Shown: positions 23,803 through 34,012 of the stretch, one piece after another
How the letters are laid out: each line of letters begins with the position of its first letter
Numbering within the stretch: the first letter of the stretch is position 1
Assembly: GCA_963664825.1 (NCBI GenBank)
Contig: OY761614.1
Location: 3,104,001-3,168,000, forward strand
Reading direction: 5' to 3'
Length of the DNA: 64,000 nt
Origin: an uncultured Holophaga sp.
Lineage (GTDB): Bacteria; Acidobacteriota; Holophagae; Holophagales; Holophagaceae
Made by a program: the position numbers and the translations under genes
The notes under the pieces: model-generated
Told to the model about the DNA's origin: nothing
What the model saw: only the letters and a program-made list of their open reading frames with translations
The model's database searches: none

Positions 23803-24972
23803 ATGGCTCTAGAAGGCTCCCTCCGGGATTTCGATCTGTTCTCCCTTTTCAACATGATCAAGACTCAAGGCAAGAGCGGCACCCTCGTGCTCTCCCGAGG
23901 GCAGGAGTTCGTGAAGGTCTTCTTCGATCAGGGGGATATCGTCGGCTGCGACTCCAATCAGGTGCGCATGGAGGATCGGGTGGGCGCCATGCTCGTGCGC
24001 CTGGGGCGGCTCTCCGGCGATGAACTCCTGGGCATGATCCAGAAACAGCGGCAGACCCTCAAGCGCATGGGCACCCTGCTCCTCGAATCCGGGAAAGTGA
24101 CCAGTCAGGATCTCCAGGACGCGCTCTTCAATCAGGCCATGTCCATCATCTACCGGACCTTCCGGTGGATCGAGGGCGACTACCGCTTCGATTCCATGCT
24201 CCCCCCGGAACTGGATCGGGAGAATTTCCCTGCCATCCCCGTCGACACGGTGCTCATGGAGGCCGCCCGGATCATGGACGAGTGGCCCGAGGTCCAGCGG
24301 AGGCTCCCGGATAACACCCTCCCGCTCCAGAGGACGGCCAAGGCCATGGCCCTCAAACTGGATCTGGACCAGGAACTCTCCTCCATGTTCGAAGGGCGGG
24401 GGGGCTCTCATTCGGAGCGTTCCGGCCTGACTCACGAACAGGAGACGGTGCTCACCTACGTCGGTGAACCCCAGAGCATTCAGAGCATCCTGCAGATCAC
24501 CCGCTACGATGAGCTCGATACCTGCAAGGTGATCGCCGATCTGCTTGAGATGGGGCTCCTGGAGATCTCCCAGGAGCACGTGATGCACGTGACTCCCCCG
24601 TGGGAATTGCCCTTAGAGGTTCGGCGGGAGCCCTTGGAAGCCGCTGGCCCTTCCCCCTGGTTCTGGCCTCTCGTGGTGCTGCTGGTCCTGGCTCCGGTAT
24701 TGACCTATGTGCCCCATTCCAGGGCCTCCCTCAATCTGGGGCTGGCCAGCCTCCAGCCAACGGATGTCCACATCCTCGCCGATCCCGTGACCCAGGAGCG
24801 CCAGGCCTTCGTCCTGCGGATGGTCTCTCCAGGGGATGGCGGCGCCGCCATCGCGAGGTCGCTGGGGATTTCGCTCCTGGAGAATCAGAAGGCCGCTCCA
24901 GATTTGACTAAACGGCCCGACCCGCTCTTCGAACCGGCCTCGGCGCCTCTTCCTCTCCGGAAGACGCCCTAG
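23803..24972 (+). CDS. DUF4388 (PATAN-like) domain protein with a C-terminal TM segment
   Basis: MALEGSLRDFDLFSLFNMI...KSGTL, FRWIEGDYRF and LMEAARIMDEW. Confidence 0.85.
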   Translation: MALEGSLRDFDLFSLFNMIKTQGKSGTLVLSRGQEFVKVFFDQGDIVGCDSNQVRMEDRVGAMLVRLGRLSGDELLGMIQKQRQTLKRMGTLLLESGKVTSQDLQDALFNQAMSIIYRTFRWIEGDYRFDSMLPPELDRENFPAIPVDTVLMEAARIMDEWPEVQRRLPDNTLPLQRTAKAMALKLDLDQELSSMFEGRGGSHSERSGLTHEQETVLTYVGEPQSIQSILQITRYDELDTCKVIADLLEMGLLEISQEHVMHVTPPWELPLEVRREPLEAAGPSPWFWPLVVLLVLAPVLTYVPHSRASLNLGLASLQPTDVHILADPVTQERQAFVLRMVSPGDGGAAIARSLGISLLENQKAAPDLTKRPDPLFEPASAPLPLRKTP

Positions 24973-25827
24973 TCAGCCGGGAGCGTAATCGTAGAAGCCG
25001 CGGCCCGATTTCTTGCCGAGCCATCCGGCCGAGACATACCTGCCCAGGAGAGGGCAGGGGCGGTATTTCGGATCGCCAAAGCCCTCGTGGAGCATCTGTA
25101 GGCTGGCTAGGCAGGTGTCCAGGCCGATGAGATCGGCGAGGGCCAGGGGGCCCATGGGATGGTTCATGCCCAGTTTCATGATCTCGTCGATGGCCTGGAC
25201 CTCCGCCACGCCCTCCTGCAGCGCGAAGATGGCCTCATTGATCATGGGCATGATGAGGCGGTTGCTGATGAAACCGGGGCTGTCGTTGCATTGCACCGGC
25301 GTCTTGTCCAGGCGTTCCGAGAGGAAACTGGCCCTCTCACAGGTCTCGTCGGTGGTGGCCAGTCCCCGGACGATCTCCACCAGAGGCATGACGGGGACCG
25401 GGTGCAGGAAGTGCATCCCGATGACCTGCCCCGCACGCTTGGTGAGGGAGGCCAGGCGCGTGATGGAAAAGCCGGTGGAGGTGGCCAGTATCACACTGGG
25501 GGGGCAGAGCACGTCCAGCGTCTCGAAGAGCGATTTCTTGGTCTCCCAGTGCTCGGGACCGGCGTCGATCACGAAATCCGCGTCCTTGAAGTCTCCAAGA
25601 GACGTCGTAGTGCGGATCCGGGCGAGGGCCGAGGCCTTGTCTTCGGCGCTGAGTTTCCCCTTCTCCAGGCCCCGCTGCATGCTGTGGTCGATGGAGGCAT
25701 GGGCCTTGGCCAGGGAATCGTGGGAGAGATCCTGGAGGAAGACCTGGAACCCGGCCTGGGCGCATACATGGGCGATGCCGCAGCCCATCTGCCCGGTGCC
25801 GACCACGCCGAGGGTCTGGATGTTCAT
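24973..25827 (-). CDS. hbd: 3-hydroxybutyryl-CoA (3-hydroxyacyl-CoA) dehydrogenase
   Basis: GTGQMGCGIA, GMHF, DSPGFISNRL, HPMGPLALADLIGLD and GKKSGRGFY motifs. Confidence 0.88.
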   Translation of the reverse strand: MNIQTLGVVGTGQMGCGIAHVCAQAGFQVFLQDLSHDSLAKAHASIDHSMQRGLEKGKLSAEDKASALARIRTTTSLGDFKDADFVIDAGPEHWETKKSLFETLDVLCPPSVILATSTGFSITRLASLTKRAGQVIGMHFLHPVPVMPLVEIVRGLATTDETCERASFLSERLDKTPVQCNDSPGFISNRLIMPMINEAIFALQEGVAEVQAIDEIMKLGMNHPMGPLALADLIGLDTCLASLQMLHEGFGDPKYRPCPLLGRYVSAGWLGKKSGRGFYDYAPG

Positions 25828-25889
25828 GCTTCCTCCCAGGGGAAGGACCATTCTACGCTGGAGCTTCATCCGTCACACGGGAGCGCTTC

Positions 25890-26249
25890 ATGTCGGCATC
25901 CAAGAACCGTATCGGCTGGGCCCTGCTGCTCCTGCGCCTCGGCGTAGGCGGGCTGGCGATATTCCAGGGGCTCGAACCCCTCCGACATGCGAAGGGCGCG
26001 TTGACGGCGAGTAACGCGCTATTCCTGGGTGCGGCGCTGGGGGAAATCATCTGTGGCGCGCTGATCCTGGTGGGCCTTTGGATGGTGCCGGCCGTGCTGG
26101 GACTCCTCGCCCTGGTGGCTTGGCCCCTGGTGCATGGCTGGATCCATGGCGCACCCGTGTTGGGCCAACCCAATGCCCTGTTCCGCTTCCTCGCTACCTC
26201 GGCGGCGGGGCTCGGTGGCCCCGGAAAATGGGGGATCGGCAAGGGCTGA
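25890..26249 (+). CDS. DoxX family membrane protein
   Basis: LLLLRLGVG, EIICGALILVGL and C-terminal GPGKWGI. Confidence 0.75.
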   Translation: MSASKNRIGWALLLLRLGVGGLAIFQGLEPLRHAKGALTASNALFLGAALGEIICGALILVGLWMVPAVLGLLALVAWPLVHGWIHGAPVLGQPNALFRFLATSAAGLGGPGKWGIGKG

Positions 26250-27077
26250 TCAGTCGGCCTTGGGCGTCCTGGGCTCCGCCAGCCAGGCCACGATGACCGA
26301 AACAAAGTAGAGCGCCAGCAGGATCACGCTGAAAAAGATCGTGGTCACCACCACATCTCCAGGCGTGAGAAAGGCCGATACCACCAGGATCGCTATGGTG
26401 GCATGCCGCCAATAGCGGATCATCCAGCGCGCGGTGACCATGCGGAAGCGCGCTAGGAAGTAGAACAGCACGGGCAGTTCGAACATGATGCCCGTGAGCA
26501 GCAGGGTGTAGAGGAAGAGATCCAGGTAGCTATCGATGTGGAGATTGGTGCGGAGTCCGGCGCTCTGGGCCTCTTGGAACAGGATATCGCCCAGGAACTT
26601 GAAGGCCTGACAGTAGGCGAACACCACGCCCCCGATGAACATCCCGCTGGTGATGCCCACGAAGGGGATGACGAGCCGCCGCTCCCGTTCGTAGAGCCCG
26701 GGGCGGATGAAGGCCCAGAGCTGGTAGAAGAGGAAGGGGGCGGCCAGGAAGGCCGCCGCCCAGAAGCTGAGCCGCATGAGGCTGAAGAAGGGCTCGGCCA
26801 GATCGGTGAAGGCCCAGGGGCTCAGTTCGGCCAGGGGCTTGTGGGTCTGGCGGGCCATGGCCTCCAGGAAGGGTTTCTGGACCCAATCCCAGATCTGGAA
26901 CCGCATGGCCCTCATGCCATGGAGGGCGCGAATCTTATCCTGGAGTCCGAAGGGAAAACTGTAGGTGAAGGCGAAGGCCGCCACCACGATGAGGATCGAG
27001 CGCACCAAGCGCACGCGCAGTTCCTGCAGGTGCTCCCAGAAGGTCATCTGATTTGGTGGCGTGCCGGGATTATTCAC
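26250..27077 (-). CDS. tatC: Twin-arginine translocase subunit TatC
   Basis: MTFWEHLQELRVRL, YQLWAFIRPGLYERE, FELP and TPGD motifs. Confidence 0.95.
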   Translation of the reverse strand: MNNPGTPPNQMTFWEHLQELRVRLVRSILIVVAAFAFTYSFPFGLQDKIRALHGMRAMRFQIWDWVQKPFLEAMARQTHKPLAELSPWAFTDLAEPFFSLMRLSFWAAAFLAAPFLFYQLWAFIRPGLYERERRLVIPFVGITSGMFIGGVVFAYCQAFKFLGDILFQEAQSAGLRTNLHIDSYLDLFLYTLLLTGIMFELPVLFYFLARFRMVTARWMIRYWRHATIAILVVSAFLTPGDVVVTTIFFSVILLALYFVSVIVAWLAEPRTPKAD

Positions 27078-27253
27078 TTCTTCTCGTTAGTGACGTCCTC
27101 TTTGACGGATTCCGTGATCTCCTTGCTGGCCTTCTTGAACTCCTGGATGCCTTTGCCGAGGGCCTTGCCCAGTTCTGGAAGGCGGGAGGGACCGAAGAAA
27201 ATCAGCAGCGCGATGCCGATCAGAAGCATTTCAGTGAGGCCGAGGTTACCCAT
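27074..27253 (-). CDS. tatA: Twin-arginine translocase subunit TatA
   Basis: FFGPSRLPELGKALGKGIQEFKK. Confidence 0.95.
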   Translation of the reverse strand: MGNLGLTEMLLIGIALLIFFGPSRLPELGKALGKGIQEFKKASKEITESVKEDVTNEKK

Positions 27254-27346
27254 GGATGACTCCGCGAATCTGGAAATTCGGTGCAATGGCTTTGCGCTTC
27301 ACGCGCTCAAGCGAGCGCCTGGGGACACGAGTGCTCAGGACCAGTA

Positions 27347-28717
27347 TCAGTTACCCACGGTCATTCTGCCGATGGAATAGTAGATCCAACCATTGGTCTT
27401 CATCGTCTCGGGACTGAAGAGATTGCGCCCATCGAACATGACCTTTGCCTTGAGGCGGCCTGCGACCCGCTCGAGATCGGCGTCCCGGTATTGGGGCCAT
27501 TCCGTGGCGATGATGAGGGCATCGGCCCCCTCGCAGGCCTGAAAGGGGTCTTCTGCGTAGATGACCCGGTCCCCAAGCTTGGCCTTCACGTTGGGCATGG
27601 CCTCGAAGTCATGGACCACGATTTCCGCGCCCAGGGCCGCCAGACTCTCGATGAGTTCCAGGGCCATCGCCTCCCGGATGTCATCGGTATGAGCCTTGAA
27701 GGCCAGGCCCCAGATGGCGAAACGCTTGCCCGCCAGGGGGGCGGGGGTGCCGGGCGTGCAGGCGAAGTGGGAGCGCACCTTGAGGGCCAGGACCTGCTTT
27801 TGATGGCGGTTGGCTTCCACCGTGGTGGCCAGGGTCATCAGGGGAGTGCCGTTCTCGCGGCCGACCTTCAGCAGGGCCTGGAGATCTTTCGGGAAGCAGC
27901 TTCCGCCGAATCCGGGCCCCGGGTTGAGGAAGTACTTCCCGATGCGGTGATCGGCACCGATGCCCGCCTTTACTTGGTCCACATCGGCGCCCACCTTCTC
28001 GCAGAGGTTCGCGATCTCGTTCATGAAACTGATGCGCAGGGCCAGCATGGCGTTGGCGGCGTACTTGGTCAGCTCGGCGCTGGGGGGATCCATGCGGAAC
28101 CAGCGCCCGGCTTCGGGATTGCGGGCCTGGGCCGCGGCCATCTTCTCCGCATAGATGGCCCTCATCACCGATTCCGCATAATCCGTGCGGCAGCCCACGA
28201 CGATGCGGTCGGGGAAGAGAAAATCATCGATGGCGCAGCCTTCCCGGAGGAATTCGGGGTTGGAGACCACCTCGAAGGCGCGATCGGTCTTCGATGCGAT
28301 GGCGGCATGGACCCGGGCGGCCGTGCCCACGGGCACCGTGCTTTTGTCCACGACGATCAGGGACTTGGCGTCCTTGGCCCGCAGGGCCATGGCCTGGCCG
28401 ATCTCCTGGGCCACGGCCAGGACATAGTGCAGGTCGGCGCTGCCGTCCTCGCTCTGAGGGGTGCCCACGCAGATGAAGGCGGCGTCGGCATCGGCGATGC
28501 CTTCCTGGATATCCAGGGTGAAGCGGAGCGCGCCACTGGCTTGGTATTTCTGCAGCAGCTCATCGAGGCCGGGCTCGAAGATGGGGCTGATGCCCTTCTT
28601 GAGCTTCTCGAGCTTGGTGGCGTCCACATCCACCCCGAGCACGCGATGTCCCGAATCGGCGAATCCAGCAGCGGCCACGAGCCCCACGTATCCCGAACCG
28701 ATGACCAAAATCCGCAT
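27347..28717 (-). CDS. ugd: UDP-glucose 6-dehydrogenase
   Basis: GSGYVGL, KSTVPVGT, NPEFLREG, GFGGSCFPKD and FDGRN motifs. Confidence 0.93.
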   Translation of the reverse strand: MRILVIGSGYVGLVAAAGFADSGHRVLGVDVDATKLEKLKKGISPIFEPGLDELLQKYQASGALRFTLDIQEGIADADAAFICVGTPQSEDGSADLHYVLAVAQEIGQAMALRAKDAKSLIVVDKSTVPVGTAARVHAAIASKTDRAFEVVSNPEFLREGCAIDDFLFPDRIVVGCRTDYAESVMRAIYAEKMAAAQARNPEAGRWFRMDPPSAELTKYAANAMLALRISFMNEIANLCEKVGADVDQVKAGIGADHRIGKYFLNPGPGFGGSCFPKDLQALLKVGRENGTPLMTLATTVEANRHQKQVLALKVRSHFACTPGTPAPLAGKRFAIWGLAFKAHTDDIREAMALELIESLAALGAEIVVHDFEAMPNVKAKLGDRVIYAEDPFQACEGADALIIATEWPQYRDADLERVAGRLKAKVMFDGRNLFSPETMKTNGWIYYSIGRMTVGN

Positions 28718-28836
28718 GACGACTCCAGAAAAGGGCGGCCCCACAAGGGAAACGCGAGGGTACGCCGGTGGGAGCCAGTGTACCCGAGCGCCTCCAAGGG
28801 GGCGAGCCTTGCTAAGATGGAGGGGTCGGAGGGTTC

Positions 28837-29535
28837 ATGCTGCCGGTTTTGATATTGGAAGGTCAAGGGGTCAATCTGTGGGAGGTGGTGCTCCACGGGG
28901 GTACCGTGGCGAAGAGCGTGATGCTGCTCCTGGGGCTCTTCAGCATCTTCAGTTGGGTGATCATTTTCCAGAAAGCCATCATGCTGGGCCGCAGTGGCAA
29001 GATCACCGAGCGATTCCGCTCTGCGTTCCGCCATTCCACGGATTGGCGGGATCTCAAGCAGGGTGCCACCTCCTTCACCTTGAGTCCGCTGCTGGGGCTC
29101 TTCGGCGCGGGCTATACCGAAGTGACCTATCAGCTCCGGGCCAACCCGAACGGCGGCAAGGCGCAGATCAAGAGCATGGAGGCCGTGGAACGCAGCCTCC
29201 AGCGGGCCAGCGTGGTGGAAATGGGCCGCATGGAGAAGGGCCTGGGCATCCTGGCCACCATCGCGGCCGTGAGCCCCTTCGTGGGCCTCTTCGGGACGGT
29301 CTGGGGCATCATCGATGCCTTCCATGGCATCGGTGCCACGGGGAACGCCAGCCTCGCTACCGTCGCCGTTCCCATCTCGGAGGCCCTGGTGGCCACCGCC
29401 CTGGGCCTGGTGGCGGCCATCCCGGCCCTCATGGCGTACAACTTCTACCAGGGCCAGCTGAAGCAGTGGCAGACCGAACTGGACGATTTCGCCCTTGAAT
29501 TCATCAGCCTTTCCGAGCGCAATTTCACCTCATGA
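28837..29535 (+). CDS. MotA/TolQ/ExbB proton channel protein
   Basis: LATIAAVSPFVGLFGTVWGI and ISEALVATALGLVAAIPA. Confidence 0.9.
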   Translation: MLPVLILEGQGVNLWEVVLHGGTVAKSVMLLLGLFSIFSWVIIFQKAIMLGRSGKITERFRSAFRHSTDWRDLKQGATSFTLSPLLGLFGAGYTEVTYQLRANPNGGKAQIKSMEAVERSLQRASVVEMGRMEKGLGILATIAAVSPFVGLFGTVWGIIDAFHGIGATGNASLATVAVPISEALVATALGLVAAIPALMAYNFYQGQLKQWQTELDDFALEFISLSERNFTS

Positions 29536-30305
29536 GCTGCGCGACCGCACCGGTCTTCTGGGGTCGCCAGCCAAGGCTTCCACTGCCCCTTCAGCGTTTC
29601 ATCCGGGGCCGCCTGGAATCGGCGCTCCTGGATCCCCTGGCGCGATCCCTGTTCGTCTGGCCCACCATCCTGGGCGCCCCTCGGTTGAGGGAGCTGCATC
29701 CGGAAGGCATTCCCGAACCGGAATTGCTCCTCCAGGCGGGCCGGTTGCTGGCCCCCTTGGGTGGGGTCGAGGCCGGGAAGGCTTGGCAGAAGACCCTGGC
29801 AGCTTTCCCTGATACGGCCGACAAGGGGGCCACGGGATGGGTGCCCCAGCGGATCTGGGACCCTCTGGCCGCTCAAATCAGCCTTCACTGTGGCGTGATT
29901 CTCCTGGCCCTCACCGGACAGCCCGAAGACGCACGCTATCGCCTGGCCTCGGGGGTGACGCTCTTCAATTCAGCCCTCTTTCATGAGGCCCACGACGCCC
30001 TGGAAAGCCTCTGGACGGCATCTGCGGGAGACCTCAAGAAGGGGTTGCAGGGGCTGATATTGATCACCGCGGGCTTCTACCGCCAGCAGCATCATGATGC
30101 CCTGGGGATGACCAGCCTCTGGCAGGACGGGCTGGCGGCCCTGGCTCCCTTTCAGGGGGAGCTCTCCACTCCCTGGGGTCGGGTGGATTTTGCGGCGAGT
30201 ATCGCATCGGTGGAGCAGCGGATCTCCTGGCTCCGGGCCCTGGATGGGGAAGCCGAACTCGATGGGCTCTGGGATCTGCCTCGACCTGAGTGGGTGCTGA
30301 AATGA
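29532..30305 (+). CDS. DUF309 domain protein with an N-terminal extension
   Basis: LFNSALFHEAHDALESLW...LQGLI; ATGA overlap with the upstream gene. Confidence 0.75.
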   Translation: MSCATAPVFWGRQPRLPLPLQRFIRGRLESALLDPLARSLFVWPTILGAPRLRELHPEGIPEPELLLQAGRLLAPLGGVEAGKAWQKTLAAFPDTADKGATGWVPQRIWDPLAAQISLHCGVILLALTGQPEDARYRLASGVTLFNSALFHEAHDALESLWTASAGDLKKGLQGLILITAGFYRQQHHDALGMTSLWQDGLAALAPFQGELSTPWGRVDFAASIASVEQRISWLRALDGEAELDGLWDLPRPEWVLK

Positions 30306-31873
30306 TTTCCTGCGATGTCCTCGTTCTGGGTGCCGGCATCGCCGGCTGCACGGCGGCTCTGAGGGCCGCGGACCAGGGGGCCGATGTGGTCCTGGTGGCC
30401 AAGGACGCCCTGGGGGAATCCAATACGGCCTACGCTCAAGGGGGCATCATCGGCCTTCCTCCGGCGCACTTTGGCGACTCCCCGGAACTGCTGGCCGCCG
30501 ATATCGAGGCGGCCGGCGCCGGGCTCTGTCGGCCCGAGGCCGTGCGGGTGCTGGCCCAGCAGGGCCCCGCCCTCTGCCTGGACTTCCTCTGGAAGCGCCT
30601 GGGGGTCCCCTTCGATCTCGGAGAGGAGGGCGAACTGGCTCCCACGGCCGAAGCGGCCCATTCCGCTCGGCGCATCTACCATGTGCGGGACACCACGGGC
30701 CTGTCCATCCAGTCGGCCCTGAGCACCGCGGTCCGAAACCATCCCGGCATTCGGATCCTGGAAGACCGGATGCTTGCTGATCTCCTCACGACCCCCCACC
30801 ATGGCCGGGATCCCCGGGGGGTCTACGATCCCATTCATGTCTGGGGCGCCTATCTGCTCCAGGGCGACTCCCGGCATGTGGAGATGGCCATCGCCAAGCG
30901 CACCGTGCTGGCCACCGGAGGGCTCGGCTACCTCTACCTCCACACCAGCAACCCTCCCGGCGCCACGGGGGATGGCCTGGCGGCAGCCTATCGCGCCTCG
31001 GCCCGCATCGTGAACTGCGAATACCTCCAGTTCCATCCGACCACCCTCTACATTCCCCACAAGCCCCGGACGCTGCTCACCGAGGCCCTGCGGGGCGAGG
31101 GGGCCCAGCTCCTCAATCGGAAGGGCGAGCGCTTCATGTCGAAATACGCTCCTGGCCAGATGGAATTGGCCCCTCGGGATGTGGTCAGCCGGGCCATTTT
31201 CCAGGAGATCTCGGCCACGGGGGATGTGTGCGTCTTCCTGGATCTGGGCCCGGTGGCCGCACGCCTGGACCTGGAGGCCCGCTTCCCCAAGATCATGGCC
31301 GTCTGCCGGGCGGAGGGGATCGATCCCCTGCATCAACTGATTCCCGTGGTGCCGGCCGCCCACTATTTCTGCGGAGGCGTGGCGGTGGATCTGGACGGGC
31401 GCACGAGCCTACCGGGCCTCTTCGCCGTGGGCGAGGTGGCCTGTACGGGCGTCCATGGGGCGAACCGCCTGGCTTCTACCTCCCTGTTGGAAGGCCTGGT
31501 GTGGGGCTACCGGGCCGCGGAAGCCGCCCTCTCGGATTGCCTGGGCGCCCTGCCTCCCACCGCAGACTCCATCCAGCCCTGGATTCCCGTGAGCGGCCCT
31601 GCCGAGGCCGATCCACTTCTCATCGAGCAGGACTGGACCAATATCCGCACCACGCTCTGGAACTACGCAGGCATCGTGCGCACCAAGGCCCGTCTCCAGC
31701 GCGCCCGAGGCGATATGGGCCATCTCTACCACCGGCTGGAGACCTTCTACCGGGAGGCGCCTCTTTCCCGCTCCATGCTGGAACTCCGCAGCGGCATCAT
31801 CTGCGCGCGGCTGATCCTGAATGCGGCGCTCCTCAATCCGGAGAGCCGAGGGTGCCACTACCGCGTGGATTGA
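30302..31873 (+). CDS. nadB: L-aspartate oxidase
   Basis: GAGIAG, AYAQGGI, QFHPT, TEALRGEG, ELAPRDVVSR, HYFCGGV and GVHGANRLASTSLLEG motifs. Confidence 0.92.
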   Translation: MISCDVLVLGAGIAGCTAALRAADQGADVVLVAKDALGESNTAYAQGGIIGLPPAHFGDSPELLAADIEAAGAGLCRPEAVRVLAQQGPALCLDFLWKRLGVPFDLGEEGELAPTAEAAHSARRIYHVRDTTGLSIQSALSTAVRNHPGIRILEDRMLADLLTTPHHGRDPRGVYDPIHVWGAYLLQGDSRHVEMAIAKRTVLATGGLGYLYLHTSNPPGATGDGLAAAYRASARIVNCEYLQFHPTTLYIPHKPRTLLTEALRGEGAQLLNRKGERFMSKYAPGQMELAPRDVVSRAIFQEISATGDVCVFLDLGPVAARLDLEARFPKIMAVCRAEGIDPLHQLIPVVPAAHYFCGGVAVDLDGRTSLPGLFAVGEVACTGVHGANRLASTSLLEGLVWGYRAAEAALSDCLGALPPTADSIQPWIPVSGPAEADPLLIEQDWTNIRTTLWNYAGIVRTKARLQRARGDMGHLYHRLETFYREAPLSRSMLELRSGIICARLILNAALLNPESRGCHYRVD

Positions 31874-31881
31874 TTCGGGTC

Positions 31882-32919
31882 CTAGATCGCTCCGGCTTCC
31901 GTGGCCGATTCCAGGGTGATGGGGCCTTCCTCGGTGGAGGGCTCCCGGCGCAGAGGGCAGGGTTCGACGGCGCATTGGCGGCACCAGGCGCGCTGGCAGG
32001 GGTCCACATGGGTGTGGAGTTCCCCCTCCAGGCCCATCTCCAGGATGACCTGCTTGCCGAAGTCTTCGGCCAGATCGTGACCGCGGCTGATGGGGTAGAA
32101 CTCGGGGATCACCATGTGGATATCCACATGGGTGTAGCGGCCCGCCCTCATGGTGCGCAGCTCGTGGATAGCGATGAGATCGGCGGGGCGCAGCCGGTTG
32201 ATGACCTCGATGAGCTTCGCCAGTAGCGCCGGATCCTCCACGTCCAGCAGGGCGCGGCTGGAGCTGTGGACGAGCTTGAAGCCGGTGATGGCCAGCAGGA
32301 TGCCCACGAGGATGGCCATGATGGGGTCCAGCCAGAGGAGGCCCGTGAATCTCACCAGCAGGAGAGCCGCGGCGATGCCCAGGGTGGTCCAGAAATCCGA
32401 TAGCACGTGATGACCGTCGGCTTCGATGGCCCGGGAGCGCTGTTGCTTGCCCATGTAGATGAGGAAGAGTCCCAGCAGGCCATTCATGCAACCCGCCACC
32501 ACGTTCACGGTCAAGCCTGTGCCCAGATCCTTGATCTGGACCGCGCCGTGCCATTGGGCATGCAGGGCCTCGATGGCCTGCCACCAGATCATCACCGCCG
32601 CCAGGGAGATGAGCCCCCCTTCAAAGGCCGCGCTGAAGTGCTCGATCTTGCCGTGGCCATAAGGGTGTTCCCGGTCCGCGGGCTTTTCCGCAAATATCAC
32701 GGCCCCCAGGGCAAAGATAGCCGCCACCACATTCACCACGCTCTCGATGGCGTCCGAGAGGAGGGCGGTGGAATGGGAGATGTAGTAGGCGAAGTATTTG
32801 AGGCCTAGGATCAGCAGGCCCGCGCCGATGGAGAGGGAAATGACGCGTAGGCGGGTCTTTCGTGAAAGATGTTCCAGGTTCATGAGGCCTTCTCCGGCCC
32901 GTGGGGCCGAGGTCATCAT
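31882..32919 (-). CDS. Cation diffusion facilitator (FieF-like) metal transporter with a C-terminal Cys cluster
   Basis: SDAIES, HPYGHGKIE, ADGHHVLSD and HVDPCQRAWCRQCAVEPC. Confidence 0.9.
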   Translation of the reverse strand: MMTSAPRAGEGLMNLEHLSRKTRLRVISLSIGAGLLILGLKYFAYYISHSTALLSDAIESVVNVVAAIFALGAVIFAEKPADREHPYGHGKIEHFSAAFEGGLISLAAVMIWWQAIEALHAQWHGAVQIKDLGTGLTVNVVAGCMNGLLGLFLIYMGKQQRSRAIEADGHHVLSDFWTTLGIAAALLLVRFTGLLWLDPIMAILVGILLAITGFKLVHSSSRALLDVEDPALLAKLIEVINRLRPADLIAIHELRTMRAGRYTHVDIHMVIPEFYPISRGHDLAEDFGKQVILEMGLEGELHTHVDPCQRAWCRQCAVEPCPLRREPSTEEGPITLESATEAGAI

Positions 32920-34010
32920 CCTCTGGCGGGGTCGGTCCCATCAAGGGGGAGGGCGGCTTTTAGACTGAGTCGCAGCAGCGCTTCCATGAAGCGGGGGATA
33001 TCGGCGGGTTCGGTATCGAAGGCGCACATCCAGCGCACGAGGCCGGCGCGCTCGTCCCAGGGCCAGAAGAAGGTCTCGCGCTGGAGCGCCTCCATCAGGG
33101 GCACGGGGATGCGCGCGAAGACTGAATTGACCTGGACGGGGAAGGCCATCTCCAGGAAGGGGAGCGCCGCGGCGGCCTGGTGGAGTTGGGCGGCCATGGC
33201 GTTGGCGTGGCGTCCGTTCTCAATCCAGAGATCATCCTCCAACAGCGCCTCGAACTGGGCGGAGATGAAGCGCATCTTGGAGGCGAGCTGCATGCAGTGC
33301 TTCTGCCAGTAGGGGAAGTCCGCCCCCAGGCCGGGTTTCAAAAACACCACGGCCTCGCCGCAGAGCATGCCCTGTTTGGTGCCTCCGAAACTGAGGACAT
33401 CCACCCCACTCTCCAGCAGCATCTCACGGGCACTGACACCCAGGGCGGCCACGGCGCAGCCTAGGCGGGCGCCGTCCACATGGACCCCCAGGCCGTGGGC
33501 GTGAGCCATCCCGGTGAGCGTTCGCAGTTCCTCCAGCGTGTAGAGCGTGCCCACTTCGGTGGGCTGTGTGAGTGTCAGGGCCACGGGGAGGGCTCCATGC
33601 ACGCCGTGCCCTCGTCCCAGGACCTCTTCCAGGGCCGACGGATCCATCTTCCCCTCCCGGCTCTTCAGCGGGATGAGGCGCATGCCCAGCGTGCGCTCCG
33701 GGGCTGTGCTCTCGTCGTTCCAGACATGGGCCAGGTCCGAGCACAGCACGGCGCCGTAGGGCTTCTGGAAGGCCATCAACGACAGGACATTGGCCGAGGT
33801 GCCATTGAAGACGAAATGGGTGGACACCGGTTGTCCAAACATCCGGTCGAAGGCCGCCCGGGCCCGGGCCGTCACGGCGTCCTCGCCGTAGGCCATGGCA
33901 TGGCCATGGTTGACGCTGGCGATGCGTTCCAGGATGCGCGGATGGACCCCGGCGAAATTGTCGCTGGCGAAACCTCGGGGGAAGGGATCCTGGGAGAGTT
34001 CAGTGTGCAT
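32916..34010 (-). CDS. ltaE: Low-specificity L-threonine aldolase (PLP)
   Basis: FASDN, FNGTSAN, TQPTEVGTLY, HVDGARL, GGTKQG and QLASKMRF motifs. Confidence 0.88.
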   Translation of the reverse strand: MHTELSQDPFPRGFASDNFAGVHPRILERIASVNHGHAMAYGEDAVTARARAAFDRMFGQPVSTHFVFNGTSANVLSLMAFQKPYGAVLCSDLAHVWNDESTAPERTLGMRLIPLKSREGKMDPSALEEVLGRGHGVHGALPVALTLTQPTEVGTLYTLEELRTLTGMAHAHGLGVHVDGARLGCAVAALGVSAREMLLESGVDVLSFGGTKQGMLCGEAVVFLKPGLGADFPYWQKHCMQLASKMRFISAQFEALLEDDLWIENGRHANAMAAQLHQAAAALPFLEMAFPVQVNSVFARIPVPLMEALQRETFFWPWDERAGLVRWMCAFDTEPADIPRFMEALLRLSLKAALPLDGTDPARG

Positions 34011-34012
34011 TT

